Assembly (NCBI GenBank): GCA_951406725.2
Contig: OX597815.1
Span: forward strand, 116,560,001-116,624,000
DNA length: 64,000 nucleotides
Reading direction: 5' to 3'
Origin: Octopus vulgaris
Lineage: Eukaryota
Shown here: in pieces, positions 39,675 to 55,145 of the stretch
How positions within the stretch are numbered: position 1 is the stretch's first letter
How the letters are laid out: every line of letters begins with the position of its first letter
The notes under the pieces: generated by a model
What the model saw: only the letters and a program-made list of their open reading frames with translations
Told to the model about the DNA's origin: nothing
Databases searched by the model: none
Made by a program: the position numbers and the translations under genes

Positions 39675-39747
<73 letters not shown>

Positions 39748-39760
39748 ATATATGTGTGTG

Positions 39761-39807
<47 letters not shown>

Positions 39808-41330
39808 TCGTGTGTGGGCGTGTTCCTATGTGGAGGTGGGGGGTTGGCTTTCTGTGTAACTTTTGTCTTGACATCTTGTTTAAATCAGCTTCACCATTAT
39901 GTCAATGATGTTGATTATTTCCAGTCTTCTGTGATAAACATGTCTGGTTATGGGGAAATATCACCTTGCTTGGAAACATGTGTGGATGGGTGAAAGTAAA
40001 GGCATCCAGCCATTGAAAATCTGCTTCAGAAAATTCTGCCCAACCCATACAAGCATGGAAAAGTGGACATTAAATCAACAAAGATGATGTACTGCTATTA
40101 ATATATATCTTATGACCAATTCATTGAAAAAGAAAATCTGTAAAATTACTAGACATTTACAGTTCAGCACCTAACCATTATTACACAATTGTTTACATAT
40201 GTGGAATAATGTCACAAAATTTATTGTTTTTTCAATGGCAAAATAGGAAATGCTTTACTTCACAGTTTTTTCCTCCTTTGGTTATGGCAAATGCTGACTC
40301 ACTCGTAACAAACTTTTTTCATGCATATTATAAGACTGTTACAAATTTAGCATTCTTCCACTATTTATCAGGTCTATTCTTAAATCAATTGATGATATAA
40401 AGGAGTGCCAACAATATGTTATAAGACCTTCAGATTTAGCATTTTTCTTAAAGCAATTTATCACCATTGTCATTATCATCATCATCATCAACATTGTCAT
40501 TGTGCTTGTCATTGTTTTAATGTCTACTCTCCTATGTTTTCATGGTTCAGACAAAATTTGGTGAGACACATTTTTTTATGTCTGGATTCTCTTTCTGTCA
40601 CCAACCAACACTTGTTTCCAAGCAAGGTAATATTTCTCCGCAACAGGATGTATTTTCACAGAAGACTGGAAATGAACGACACTGTGTGATGGTGACACTT
40701 GTTTTCAGCTATCATACAGTGTCAAGACTAGAATACTCTACAGACACACACACATATAAAAAACTGGCTTCTTTCAGCTTCTTACCCACCAAATCCACTC
40801 ACAAGGCTTTGGTCAGTCAGAGGTCGTAGCAGAAGATACTTGTAATACAATGGGCTGAACTTGAAGCCACATGGTTGGGAAACAAACTTCCTAACTACAC
40901 AACCTGAAGACATATAAGAATGCTTTAAATTTAGAAATCTTCCTATATATATTATTCTTATTCTTAAATCCATTGGTAATATAGCTATAAAGGAGTGCTG
41001 GCAACATATTTAAGTAATAAAATGGTGGTTTTGATGATTCCCAGTGTTCCTAAGAATGATCTTTAATGCAATTGTGATCATTTATTCCTTTGAAAGCATT
41101 GGAAATAATATAATCTATCATTTTATTACATAGATGCCCATATTATTAAGATATCAATTAATTTAATTTTCCATTGTCATGGCAGTATAGTTAAGATGTT
41201 CAGTTCCCAAATGTGGTTTTGGGCTCAATCCACAGCATAGTACCTTGGGGAAGTGTTTTATACTATGGCTTGGAGCTGACCAATGCCTTGTAAGTAGATT
41301 TGATAGACAAAAACTGAAAGAAATGTGTTG

Positions 41331-41394
<64 letters not shown>

Positions 41395-41648
41395 CTGTCT
41401 CCTTGTCTTGATATCACATGATGGTAGGAAACAAGTTTCACTATCATATTGGCAGTGTCATACAATTACAATCTTTCATGAAAATACATCTGGTCATGGG
41501 GAAATATTACCTTGGAAACAAGTGAGGATTAGTGATAGGAAAGGCATGCACTTATTGAAAATTTGTCTCAATAAATTCTGTCTGATCCATGCAGTGATAC
41601 ATGGTAGTGCATTAATGTGCTGCAAGGAGCAGCTAGTTGTGCAGCAGA

Positions 41649-41695
41649 TTTCTAAGGGTGTAATTTAAGACTTTAGAAAATTACACCCTTAGAAA
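41649..41695. repeat. Perfect 18-bp hairpin, 11-nt loop
   Basis: tttctaagggtgtaattt / aaattacacccttagaaa. Confidence 0.9.
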
Positions 41696-43414
41696 CTCAG
41701 TTTGCCACAAATTCAAAATGACTAAGACCTTCTGTTCTGTTTAGTAAGGCAGTCACTGTAAAGCCACCAAAGCAAAAGCAAAGGATATAACTTCTACTTA
41801 TGAAACTTAATAGGTATAAACATTCAAGATTGACTTTCTTGCTTGATCAACGAAAGCGTAATGAAGTTAGTTAACCTGTAATATTTTTTTTTAATTTCCA
41901 CATTTAACCTTAGTGTGGTTATTTTTCATTTTGGAAACAGAAATGATTAAGCCCACCTTCTCTTTTATTCTTGAACCAGTTGGTTCTCTTCCAATTAACA
42001 ACCTCACTTGATAATTAATTCCAGCTTGCATAGATCATGTTCAAGAATGTTTACTGCTCTGTAAACTTGTTGCAACATTTCATAAGTAACATATGTGAAA
42101 AACCCTCATGGATGACTGGGAAATTTAACATAGCTTATTCATTGAATTTCTTTCAAATTAAACAGCAATTTTGCAAACTGAATTTGATATATTCTTTTCT
42201 CAGAAATAAATAATTTATTTCAATTAATTTTTGTTTGCTTAGCTGCTAGAATCTTTTTAAAGTTGTTGAAAAGAATTTTTCCATTACATACAAACGAAAT
42301 AAAATTAAACAAAAAATATTATTTTTTTTAACCTTCTTCATTATCAAATTAAAAGTGTAGATATCAGGAGCAGTATAAAATATAGGATCAGTGCTGTCTG
42401 TAAGTGAGTGCTTCTTTGTCTGCTTCCAATATGTTCCTTCATTTCCTTCTAATTACTAAAGAAAAAATTGCTACAGAACTAGGCAAATATTTGAGACACT
42501 TATTATAATAATGGGGAAAAACATTAATTACAGAGCAATGACTATAAGCAGCTACTGCCAATTTTATTGTAATTGTGGACTCAGTTAACATTTCTGTTAT
42601 GGAAGAGGATAGTTATGAAAATGTGACTCAGAAGCATCGCACAAAAGTAGTAATAGACAATATTAGATAATAATGTTTAACAATAAATGATTTTATTTGG
42701 TTTGGGAGCTTTCACTGATGAAACAAAATGATTAAATGTGAAAAATATATTATGCAATTTTCGAAAAATTTATTCAGCTCTTCATATGATTCTCTTATAA
42801 TCTTTTTTCACATTCAGAAGCAGAAAATAGATTATAGGTAAAAGGAAAGTTCACACAAATCAATACAAAGTGAAATTACAATATATTTTTTTTACCATGA
42901 TTTAACCATTTTAATGCAAACTTCCTGTATATTCATTCATTGTAGCAAACATTTTGTGAATTCATTCATTGTGAAATTTATGATGAATTAAATACAATTT
43001 TAGGTATGTCACTCATTGTGCATGTCCTTAAATTTATCACAGCCAATGATCAAAGTTTAAATTAAACACTTTTAGAGATTTATTGTGAAAATTAAGGCTT
43101 CTGTTTTGATGGTAGTAAATATTTTAACTATTATCAGTTAGCAAAGTTTAAAATAAAACATTTGGGAAATCATTTGAGAAAATTAAAGCTTCACTTTTGA
43201 AAACAGTAAATAGCATTTAAAGCCATACTATTTCCAAACTGGATAAATTTCCTGGAAGGTTCCAAAGTATAAAATTTCTTACATTATTCTTTATACCAAT
43301 ATGTCTTTTAAAAATTAGCCCTAAGGGATACAAAAACTAATATAGAGATATTGATGGCATTGTCATCATCATCATCAACACCACCACCACCACTACCACC
43401 ACCACAACCACCAC

Positions 43415-43415
43415 T

Positions 43416-43451
<36 letters not shown>

Positions 43452-44092
43452 GTTTAATGTCCGCTTTCCATGCTGGCATGGATTGGATGGTTTGACGGGA
43501 AACTGGTAAGCTGGGGGAGCTGCACTAGGTTCCAATATGATTTGGCAAGGTTTCTATGACTGTATGTCCTTCCTAACGCCAACCATTTCGAGAATGTAGT
43601 GGGTGCTTTTTATGTGCCACCAGCATGGGTGCTATTGACCTAACTCTAGCATCAGCCATGACTACAGTTTCACTTGGCTTGACAGGTCAACACAAGCATG
43701 GTATATTGCCAAGAGTCTTGTTCACCTGTCACTGCCTCTATGAGGCCCAACATCTGAAAGGTGCTTTTTACGTGCCACTGGCATGGGTGCAGTTAGATGG
43801 CACTGGCATCGGCCACAAGAAAGTTCCAAAGTGAAATTAAAACCATTTTCAGCAAAGTTCATCATCATCATCGTTTAATGTCTGCTTTCCATGCTGGCAT
43901 GGGTTGGACAGTTTGACTGAGGACTGGTGAGCCAGATGGCTGCACCAGGCTCCAATCTAATCAGGCAGAGTTTCTACAGCTGGATCCCCTTCCTAACGCC
44001 AACCATTCTGAGAGTGTAGGGGGTGCTTTTATGTACCACTGGCACGAGGGCCAGTCAGGCAGTATTGGCAATGGCCATGCTCAAATGGTGTG
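43415..44092 (-). mobile_element. Two adjacent RTE 3' ends / RTE-tailed SINEs
   Basis: (CAT)n tails at 43417-43451 and 43860-43872, each followed by the standard module. Confidence 0.8.
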
Positions 44093-44139
44093 GAATTTGG
44101 TAAATAAAATATACGATTGGTTTCAGTTAATACCTTTTA

Positions 44140-44580
44140 GTTCCAAAGTTACACAAAGAAGATCATCTCAATGTGACAGGTCAGCTACTGGGAGAGACTG
44201 AAAAAGTTAAGACTCTACTCCCTAAAATGAAGGTGGGAAAGATACACAGTAATATATATCTAGAAAATTCTGAAAGAACTTTTACCAAACTTTGGTGCTG
44301 TTAGTGACACAAACAGCAGAAAGGGGCACCCCCACATAGTACTAAAAATCCCAACATTGCCATCAGGATACAGGACCACAGCTCTTCAATATCCTCCCAC
44401 AATGCCTGAGAGATTTACATGGGGTGGGTGTAGATGTCTTCAAAACAAAACTGGATCTCTTTCTGTCAAGAGTTCCAGATGAACCAACCCTGTGGCAAAA
44501 AATGCAGATGAGGGCAGCAACATCAAACTCCCTCATTCATCAAATGTCACACATCAGAAGAGGTTTGGTGAAAGTGTAAG
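44140..44580 (+). mobile_element. CR1-clade LINE 3' fragment
   Basis: SYWERLKKLRLYSL..RWERY.VIYI.KIL; PQLFNILPQCLRD..VDVFKTKLDLFLSRVPDEP..RAATSNSL. Confidence 0.85.
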
Positions 44581-44613
44581 CAAAGTAAAGGTTTAGTCAC
44601 TTTAAATGGAACA

Positions 44614-44833
44614 AATATTCTTTTCTACTCTAGGCACAAGGCCCGACACTTTTGGGGAGGGGGCCAGTCAATTAGCTCGACCCCAGTACACAACTGGTAC
44701 TTAATTTATCAACCCTGAAAGGATGAAAGGCAAAGTTGACCTCGGTGAAATTTGAACTCAGAAAGTAAAGACAGATGAAATACTGCTAAGCATTTTGCCC
44801 AGTGTGCTAACATTTCTGCCAGCTTGCCACCTT
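44614..44833 (-). mobile_element. Full-length SINE S3
   Basis: Minus strand ggtggcaagctggcagaaatgttagcac...gagttcaaatttcaccgaggtcaactttgcctttcatcctttcagggttgataaattaagtacc...ccttgtgcctagagtagaaaagaatatt. Confidence 0.8.
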
Positions 44834-47800
44834 AAATGGAGCATATATTATTGGGATATATTCAGTGCTAATATATAATTATAGCTATTCTCTGTAATTT
44901 ACAGGCTTTGGGTTTGTTTAAAAATAATATATATATATGTTTGTATGTATGTATGTATGTATGTATGGATGGATGGATGGATGGATGGATGGATGTATAG
45001 ATGTATGTACACATATATGTATGTGTATGTGCATACACGTGTGTATATGTGTATGTATAAATGCACACTTGCACACATGCACAATACACATACACACACA
45101 TATCTATTTTGCATGAAATAACCTCTAATACTTAGTTTCTTTCTCATCTCAGTAACACATTAAGAAATATATTTATCCATCACATTTAAATCAACTAATA
45201 ATGTTTATTGATTGCATGATTATATAAATGATGTTTTTAGTCTATCCTTTGAAACAGCTGTAAAGAAAAATTATGAATCATCCATGAAATCTCTGCTTTT
45301 ATGATTTTTACAATTCTAATTATAAAATTTATTTAGTTACTGATAAAGTTTACATCCACTGTCCATGTTTCATAGCTGTAGGCCATTTATTTTCTGACCA
45401 TACACTATATCCATATGGAAATAGAAACAATTATGGGTCTTAGTTTTTCAATATTTGTCTCAATTTCTTCTCACACAAGATAACCATCTGTCATATGACT
45501 CAAGCATGCAATCCTAGAATTGGTTAACTTATCTTGATAGGCTTGTTAAGGGTTTTACAACTTTATGCATTCATAAGCAACAGGCCTTTACAAATTTAAT
45601 TTTAAAATGAAAACTTTACACCAGTTGAAAGAGGATCTGTAAGCTAATAAAGTGCTATATTATTATATTTATTTGTCTTTTCGACAAATAGAAATCTCTG
45701 TATCTTTTTACCGATAGGTGAAATTGTTATTTTATTGATAATTCTATGAAAATGAAAGATCAAAGAAAAAGCAGAATTATATTTAAAAAATACAGAATTG
45801 ATGATTCTAGCAACAGACATAGTCATTAATTTTATGTAAAATTAGGATTACATTTAAAATTAAACATTATAGTACAATAAGTACTGGGTTTGATTCATTC
45901 AACTAAAAATTCTTCAAGGTGGTGCCCCAGCATGGCCACCGTCTAATGACTGAAACAAGTAAAAGATAAGATTCAAAAACATTAATCATTTGATTGTAGC
46001 CTACCTTCTGTAATTCGCCGAAGCAAGTACTTTTTGGCAATTTTGTATATCTAGAAGGTCAAAGCTGGTGAAATAAATCTTAAAAAATGATATAGATTCT
46101 TTTGGTCTTTCTTTCTTTCACTTTTTTTTTTGTTTTTACATAACAACAATATCAGTATTTTTCTGTGGGAAAAGAATACCATAAATGGAATGAACCCTAG
46201 CATATCACTGTTAATTATATCACACTCTAAAGGTGTTTTAAAAAGGAGACATAGGATACACTATGCATGAATAAAAGAAAATGACAATTTGAATTTCTTT
46301 GATTGTGGGACTTCTCAGTCAGGGATTACCAAGGGTTAAACAACAACAACAACAACAACAACGGCCACAGCTATTTGCTTTATTGAACTCAGGGTGATGA
46401 AATGTAAACTTGTTACCAGAAGGATTGGAACTCAAGCTTTAATAGAAGGAGCTTAAACTAAATTTTAGATAGCATTGAATCCTTCTCTCTGCTGTCTCAT
46501 CCACATCTACTGTTATAACTTACTACACTGCTACAATAATTGTATGAACTAAAATCACAACCTACATAATTATTAATTTCTTGCAGACATATAGCAGGAG
46601 TATATTTTAGTATATGATCATATCTTTACAGTTATTAATGGCTTTACTCCAATAATGGACACATATATTAAAGAAACTAATATCTTCTTGCGCTTATATA
46701 AATTCTTATTCAGAGATGTTTGTATAAGTTCTAGACCATAAATATTGCATTTAAAATTTAATTGGTTGGGAATAGAAGCAAATTAATCAACTGAATCAAG
46801 GAATGCTGTATGAAATGAGTAACAATTATTGAGGATGGACTAGTGGGTGTGCCTTCTAAAATAAGTAATTTGATCTGTAGATATAACTCTTCCTGTAGAT
46901 ATAATTTCATCATGCAGGGAACATGTTTTTAAGTTCAAGAAAACATGACCAATAGCTATAGGGTACAGCTAGAAATTAAAGCCAGCCCAATCAAGCTGAT
47001 AATTCCATCATAGCAAGTCAGAGGAAATTGCATCATTGATGAGCTGCTTGTTAGTTTATAGTTCTGAATCTACATCTAGTCAATAAATAGGCATGTGGAT
47101 AAGACATTCACTTTGAAATTCTAGGCTTCCAGGTTCAATCCCACTGGGCAACACCTTGGGCAAGTGTCTTCTATCATAATATTGGCTACACCAAAACCTT
47201 GTGAAATTGGGAAGACAGAATCTCTGCAGAATTCTATCAGGTGGATGACACTTGTTTTAGTGGGTTATATTTAATTTATCATCTGGTTTAACACCTTTGG
47301 TGCCTTTATTAACAGTTGAACTAAATCTTTCATCTCATTTGCACTACTGCATGAGTCAAGATTTATTTTTATTTTTCTTCATCAGTCTCAGAATCGGCTC
47401 AAAATGATCATGAGTTATGCCCTTTGCTCTTTGACTCTGCTATAAAAAAAAGCAAAAGACAAAAACAAAAAAAAAAACACGAAAACTTAGGAATAGACAT
47501 TGTTACATATGTAATTAAAAGAAATTTGTTTCATAACCACATAGACTAAGGTTTAGTCCCTGCTGTAGGGTACCTTTGGAAAGTCTTCTGTCCAAACCAA
47601 TAGAGAACCATTATTTTAAGATATGAAGTTAAAACATCCAGCAGTAAAAAAATAAATGCATTGCCATCATCATAATCACTTTCCATTGTCACTAAATTCT
47701 TTAAAAAGATCTTAAAATGTATTTAGAAATATCAGTAACTAATTAAATGCTATATATTTCTGAACCAATGATTACACACTTATGCAGCTCCACAAGATAA

Positions 47801-48731
47801 AAAGCTTTCATTACTATTTGAGAGGTTTCAAATTTCATAAATAATGTGAAATAGCAGTTAATACAGAGGTTTAAAATGTCAAATTTCTTGTCAAAATTGT
47901 TACCAGAATTGACAAGATATTATCTTTTTACATGTTAATGGGGTACCTCATACAGAAAATAGTAATAGGATATAGGAGAAACACTTCATACATGAAATGT
48001 GTCATAGGACAGCAAAAAAATATTGTGATGGCTTGTTTAGAAGTTTAAACTCTTTGGTTTCCAAAATTTTCCAGCTGTAACTGTCATCAGATATAAGTTT
48101 CTTACTAAATACATCACAATCTTGAAAACTTAATATATCAACAGATGCTATTGATGATGAAATATTTTTTGGCAATTTCAATAATTTGTGTCATTGGTTG
48201 CATTAGAAGATGTATTTAACATGTATTTGGGGACACTCAAGAGTATTATCAAAGAGAGGAGAGAGCAGCCTTTCATGTTAACTTTGGTCAAAGAAAACAC
48301 TTTTAATAAAAGCAAGAAAAATATCCGAACAAAATTATAACCTGAATGAAATACTTGATGAAATATTTAATATTTAGTACTTCAATAATATTTATAGTAA
48401 TAGATATGAAACGTTTACCAAAAGAAAGAAAAAAAAGGAACAGAAAAGAAAGCGAGGAAAGATATTGTTTGTGTATATGTAGTATAACAAGAACTCATCA
48501 TTTGGCTATAATTGAAGAAGTAGCTTTGGAAAACATTTTTTTTTTACATACGCAAGCATAATCTAGTGAGAATTATCTTTTAATTGTTTAAAGCTTCTTT
48601 TAAAATTCTGTGTATTACATGAAAAATTTAAGATAGGTGTCAACAAAAGAAACAATGCATCACATACAATATCTATTAGCAACAAACTAAAGTCTGTACA
48701 TATATATATGTATATGTATATGTATATATGG

Positions 48732-48817
<86 letters not shown>

Positions 48818-49707
48818 GCCCACACACACATACATATACATACATACACACACACACACACACATATACATATATATCTTATATGTATTTTTTTACTTGT
48901 AAATTATTCCCAAAATAACTTCCTAAAAGCTTGTAGTTCTTAATCTTTATTACAGGAGCTGGGAACTAACTACTAATTAACAACAAGGAATAAGGAATTG
49001 TTCTTACAACAAAGCAGGCTTGCTTTAGAAATATGGGGGTGTTAACATTAAAAAAATAGAAACATGGACCCTCTTGACTTTTCTTTTTTTTTTCACTCTC
49101 TCCCTCTCACCTCTTTCTTTATATTTGTACATTTTATTTTAGTGTAGTCTCTAAACTCATTAGATTATTCACTGAATGGTAAAAAATATTTTTGCCCTGC
49201 TAACAACTAGGAAGCATGGAAAACAGATGTTATTGAAAAGAATAGTTTCAATATGTTTCCAACAAAAGAAAAAGACAAAAAAATTTATTATATAGTTTCC
49301 AAAAGTAAAAACTGTTGCTATTTTCAGTCACATTTTGTCTCACAATGCTACAAGTGGACACATACATATGCATTTCTTATATTCTGTGTCTTTAAATTGA
49401 TTTTGGATTTTGGTTTTGAATCAAGGAACTTTTGTTATTTTAGTAATTACTATAGTTTTATTATTTTACTATTTCTAAACTGTGGGAAACATTGAGACTA
49501 AATCCAGTAACTGTGTTGTTGCTTGATCTACATGTTCATTAAAAGGATTTGCCTATATCAATAATTACAGATGGTTTAATTATGGCCTGTTTGCAAAGAA
49601 TAATGCTAACACTGTCATAGAGAAATCTTTATATGGTCATTGAAACTGCAAGAAACAACAGCCAAATCTCCATCAAATAACACTGAATATTCACTGTCAG
49701 AACATTT

Positions 49708-50715
49708 GTTGATCTTGAACTTTGACGTTGGCATAAATTCATGTTTATCTATCTTCTTAGATGCACCAAACGATGTCATTTGAAATACAGAGTTGTATTG
49801 TCTGATATTGTTCAGAAAATCCTTTGACTGGATGGAAGTGCCTTCTAGAAGATCCATAAGAGGTTGAGAAGGAGCTGATAGTACTGGCAATGTTACCTGA
49901 CTGCCTGAGCAGCACATACCATTTGTTTCATTTGAAAATTTTAAAACACCACAGAAATGACATGGATAGAGTTATCATTTTTATAAGAATGGGATGGATC
50001 ATATCTGAAAACAGCTTCAGGAGTTGTGAAGAATGAGTTTGTACATAGTCTGTTTCTGAGAGCTATTCTACTAGACCTCTGTCTAATCATTAAAACATTA
50101 ATTTAATGATCCAGCATTAAGTGCTGCAACATGCATTTGCTGATCTTGAGAAAATCTCATCTCTCTTCAGACTCTTGCCTTCGGTTTTCTACAATCCTCC
50201 CTTGCTTTATCCTTGTTTCTGGAGGGATTATATCTTTTCTGTGTTTCTCCCACTCATTCCGTAAAAAAGTATTTGAAGAGAGCAGAAATTGAAAGAAGAG
50301 AAATCGAAAAGGACAGAGAAAGAAAGTGAAAGATGTTTGTACGTCTATATGAAATGAACGTGTGTGTGTGAGAGAGAGAAAGAGAGTGATTTTTCAGAGA
50401 TAGAGTGATTGAGTGAAGGTGTGTGTTGTGATGATTGATGTCTTTTAAAGTACACACACACATATAGAAAATGTGACATCGTCATATAAAAGGTTTTCAA
50501 TAGTTGATTTATGGAAAAGATTATAATGCTAAATTTTTGAAATGCAAATATGTGAATGGAAATTAAGTTTAATTCGTAGCCAAAATAGTACTGAATCTTT
50601 TGATACCCCTTACATCAAACTCTGTAACTCAGTTTTGGAATGCATAAGGAATATACATATATATAGGACAGACTTCTTTCAAACTGAAAGTATTATCTCA
50701 CATTATAATAGAGAC
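49708..50715 (-). mobile_element. Helitron relic (5' region and N-terminal Rep/Hel fragment)
   Basis: AVFRYDP..CHFCGVLKFSNETNGMCCSGSQVTLPVL..PLMDLL..FLNNIRQYNSVFQMTSFGA..FMPT.KVQ: the conserved pre-Rep region of Helitron proteins. Possible 5' TC end near 50714. Confidence 0.85.
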
Positions 50716-52199
50716 GTAATATTGAAATAGTGTAAGAGATAAGAGATTGCTCTGGGCTCGCATTAGGCAAGAAGTTGGAAATTTATTTGGCCCATGACAT
50801 TGCATGGACCTTGGCTTTTGTATTTGACAACTGTTGCTTTAAGTATTTTATTTTGATTATATGTATATATATGTATGTATATATTTATGTATGAGCCAAT
50901 GAGGGGAGACCTCTACATGGTAGCTAGACAGGGTAGAAAATCTTCTTCAAAACACCCTACTGTCTTAATATGACAATTCTGCCTATGTCGTTTGAATGAG
51001 AAACTGTAACTAAAGATTAAGATTATTAACCCCAAATTTGGACGGTGTTAAGTAGTGGAGATGTTTGGTGATTGTATGTGGTGGTTACTTTTGACTGTTT
51101 CTTCTCAATAAGGATAATTGATTGATAACGAATCTTAACACAATATATATATAACTTCATGTGGAATTGGACTTCATAAGAGAGACAGAGAGATGAAAGA
51201 AAAGAGACAGCATTGCAACGGCTTTGGCTGACTGTCATCCTGTACTCTCCTTCTTGCTAGTGAAATGGCATGTGCCGGCTGTCTGCTTTTAATGGTTTGA
51301 ACAAACAGGACAAAAAGATTACAAAAAGATTCTCACTTTGAAACTAACAATTTTGAATATCTTTTTAGATTACAGAACACCACAATCATACAAGTAGTAT
51401 CCTTTGTTTGTAATCCTTAACAAAAGCAGCATATCTGGCCACTGAGCTGTTCATTAGACTAAAGGAAATACTGCCTCACCTGAAAACAGGTAAGGGAGGA
51501 CTGGCAACAAGAAGAGCATACAATTATATAATCTGCCTCCATAAAGTTTCACCTGACCCATGCTAGCAGGAAAAAGTAGATGTTAAAACAATGCTAATGC
51601 TGCTGCTGATTATGATGCTAATGATGATGATGGAAAATTGTTCACTTCTTTTTGTTAACCCTCATACTCCACTCCCATGTGAAGCAATGATTTATGTCAC
51701 TGATACAAAACACTAAAACTGTAATACAAAGCACTAAAAACTACAAAGGGACTATATATACAGGTCTCTCAGAAAATACAAAGAATTCACTAACCTATGT
51801 TAGATTTGTTTAAAGACAAGACATTCATCAAATTACAAGGTACTTGTGTTTGTAAAGGAATGTCTGAGCTTCTTGTTAAATGCTTTCCAGCAACGAGGAG
51901 AACTTCTTGTTATGACAACTCAAGTTAACAAGATACACTTTCCAGTTTTCAGTATTTACTGTGTTATTTGGTATTTGAATCTGAAATAATAATTCCTTAA
52001 TGTCTGAATTCTCACTGAAGTGGCAGGGTCCTTGGCCTGTTTTACAAAGGTACATGTTTAACTGGCCAATTTGATGTTACATTTTATTCTTCTTATGCAG
52101 TAATATTCTAGAATTTTTAATTAAAATTTCTTTCTTCTCATCCATAAGTTTGTACTTTTCTTGATCTGTCTTTTGTTTCACTGAGTCCTATTTTGCATA

Positions 52200-52617
<418 letters not shown>

Positions 52618-53589
52618 ATGATTCTGAATATTGTATTCCCCTGTGATTACATGTCTTGAACAACTTCATGAGTTGTTAGGTTATCTTAAGAATTTTTATC
52701 TACTTCTGTTGCAAGTATCCACAGAACTACTTGAATGTTCTCTCATCTTTATGTATAGATATGCTTACAAGTAAATATTGTTATGTCTATACACATATAT
52801 GTATAAAATGTATGGAATCATGACAAGCAGTTTCTTTTAGAATTGAAGCTCTTGTTTCTGTCATTCACATATGATTATTAGCTTCATTAGATTGTACTGA
52901 ATATCTGGTGTCGGTAATCAATGCCATCAAGAGCTCCTTTACTTATCTCAGTCATTGGACTATGGCCATGTTGGGGCATTGCCTTGAAGAGTTTAGTTGA
53001 ACAAGTCAACACCAGTACATACTTTTTTTTAAAGTCTAGTACTTATTCTATCAGTCTGTTTGGCAAACTGCTAAGCTACAAGGATATAAACAAGCACTAA
53101 TTTTCAAACACACACACACACACGCACATACATATGATGAACTTCCATATAGTTTTCATCTATCAAATTCACTCACAAGACATTATTTGGCCTGAGGCTG
53201 TAATAGCAGACATTTTCCCAAAGTGCCATGTAGTGGGACTGAACCCAAAGCTGTTTGGTTGTGAAGCAAATGACTTAACCACAGTCATGAGAAATAAAGT
53301 AGATATCTACCCAATAAAAATTATTAGATTCATTAAGCCCACCAGATTGGCAGAGTCATTAGAGCATCAGACCAAACACCTTGTGTTGTTTATTCTGATT
53401 CTGGTTTCTTACATTCTGAGTTGAAGTTTCTGCTGAGGTCAGCAGGGGTCAATAAATAAAATTTCTCTCTAGAACAGTGGACTGGGACTGCTTGAGTGTC
53501 AGTCTGGATATCTTGTAACATATATTCCAGTTCTTTGTATTCCGAGTTCAAATCCTTTTGTGACCTACTTTACATGGTTTAACACTGCC

Positions 53590-53760
53590 GCCTGGTTCTT
53601 AAGTGCATTTAGCAGGGATTTCTACTCTGCTGCAAACATTTGAACTTGGTCTCTGGTTTGAGGATACCTTCTTCCCTCCTTGCCATAAATCTTGTAGCCC
53701 TGAAAAAGATCATGGATATTGCCTGTTCTCCTAATTGAAATGTATTTAAAAACATCAAGG
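53590..53760 (-). mobile_element. Short R4/Dong-type LINE fragment
   Basis: EEGILKPET..MFAAE resembles the G.LK.ETE...AAQ motif. Confidence 0.4.
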
Positions 53761-53822
53761 CAAACAAAACTGATATAATTGTTTTCAATATATTGCAAAA
53801 GAATGACAATATTTATTCAGTT

Positions 53823-54655
53823 AGGTGCAAGTATAGCTGTGTGGTAAATTAAGCACAGCTGTGGCTGTGTGCTAAGAAGCTTCCTTCCCAAACCACATGG
53901 TTCTGCGTTCAGTCCCACTGCATGGTACCTTGGGTAAGTGCCTTCTACTATAGCTTCAAGCCAACCAAAGTCTTGTGAGTGGATATGGTAAACAGAAACT
54001 GAAAGAAGCCTGTCATATGTATGTGTGTGTTGCTCACCTTCACTTGACAACTGGTGTTGGTGCGTTTACATCTTCATAACTTATGTTTCAGTAAAAGAGA
54101 AAAACAGAATAAGTATCAAGTTTAAAAAATAAGTACTGGGTCAATTCCTTTAACTAAAATTCTTCAAAGCAGTACCCCATCTATATCCTCCTCCTCTTCC
54201 TCATCATCATCATCACCATTTAACGTCCGTTCTCCATGCTGGCAGGGGTTAGACGGTTTGACCAGGGCTGGCAAGCTGGAAGGCTGCATCAGACTCCAGT
54301 CTAATTTGCACAGTTTCTACAGCTGGATGCCCTTCCTGATGCCAACTACTCCGAGAATGTAATGGATGCTTTTATGTGCCACCAGCATGGGTGCTATTTG
54401 CATGACACTGGTATCTGCCATGACTGTGATTTTGCTTGGCTTGATGGGTCTTCTTCTCAAGCATAACATAATGCCAAAAGTCTCAGTCATTGCCTCTATA
54501 AGGCCCAATGCCTGAAAGGAACTCACCTCCATGAGGCACAATGCTCAAAAGGAACTCAGCCACTTTGTATCCATGAGGCCCAACGCTCAAATGGTGCTCT
54601 TTACATGCCACCAGCATGGGTGCCAGTTACATGACACCAGCATCAGTCATCATCG

Positions 54656-54695
<40 letters not shown>

Positions 54696-55145
54696 TGTTT
54701 AATGTCTGCTTTCCATGCTAGCATGGGTTGGATGATTTGACTGAGGACTGGCGAGCCAGATGGCTGCACCAGGCTTCAATCTTGATCTGGCAGAGTTTCT
54801 ACAGCTGGATGCCCTTCCTAACGCCAACCACTCTGAGAGTGTAGTGGGTGCTTTTACATGCCACCGGCATGGGTGCCAGTCAGGCGGTACTGGCAATGAC
54901 CTCGCTTGAATCTTTTTACACATACCACCTGCACAGGTGCCAGTAAGGCAATGCAACATGGCTTGATGGGTCTTCTCAAGCAAAGGATATCACCAAAGAT
55001 CTTGGTCACTGGTCATTGAAGATCATCCTTCACCACCTTGTCCCAAGACTATTGTAGAAGACACTTGCCCAAGCTGCCTCACAGCAGGAACTGAACCTTG
55101 AGCCTTATGGTTTGGAAGTCATCTTCTCAACCACCCATGCCTGTA
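53823..55145. mobile_element. Cluster: SINE S1 (+, 53823-54180), two RTE 3' ends (-, 54200-54650 and 54650-55050), S1 head (-)
   Basis: Match to the S1 and RTE modules; the minus strand has an EAMT...EKT remnant of the RTE C-terminus. Confidence 0.75.
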
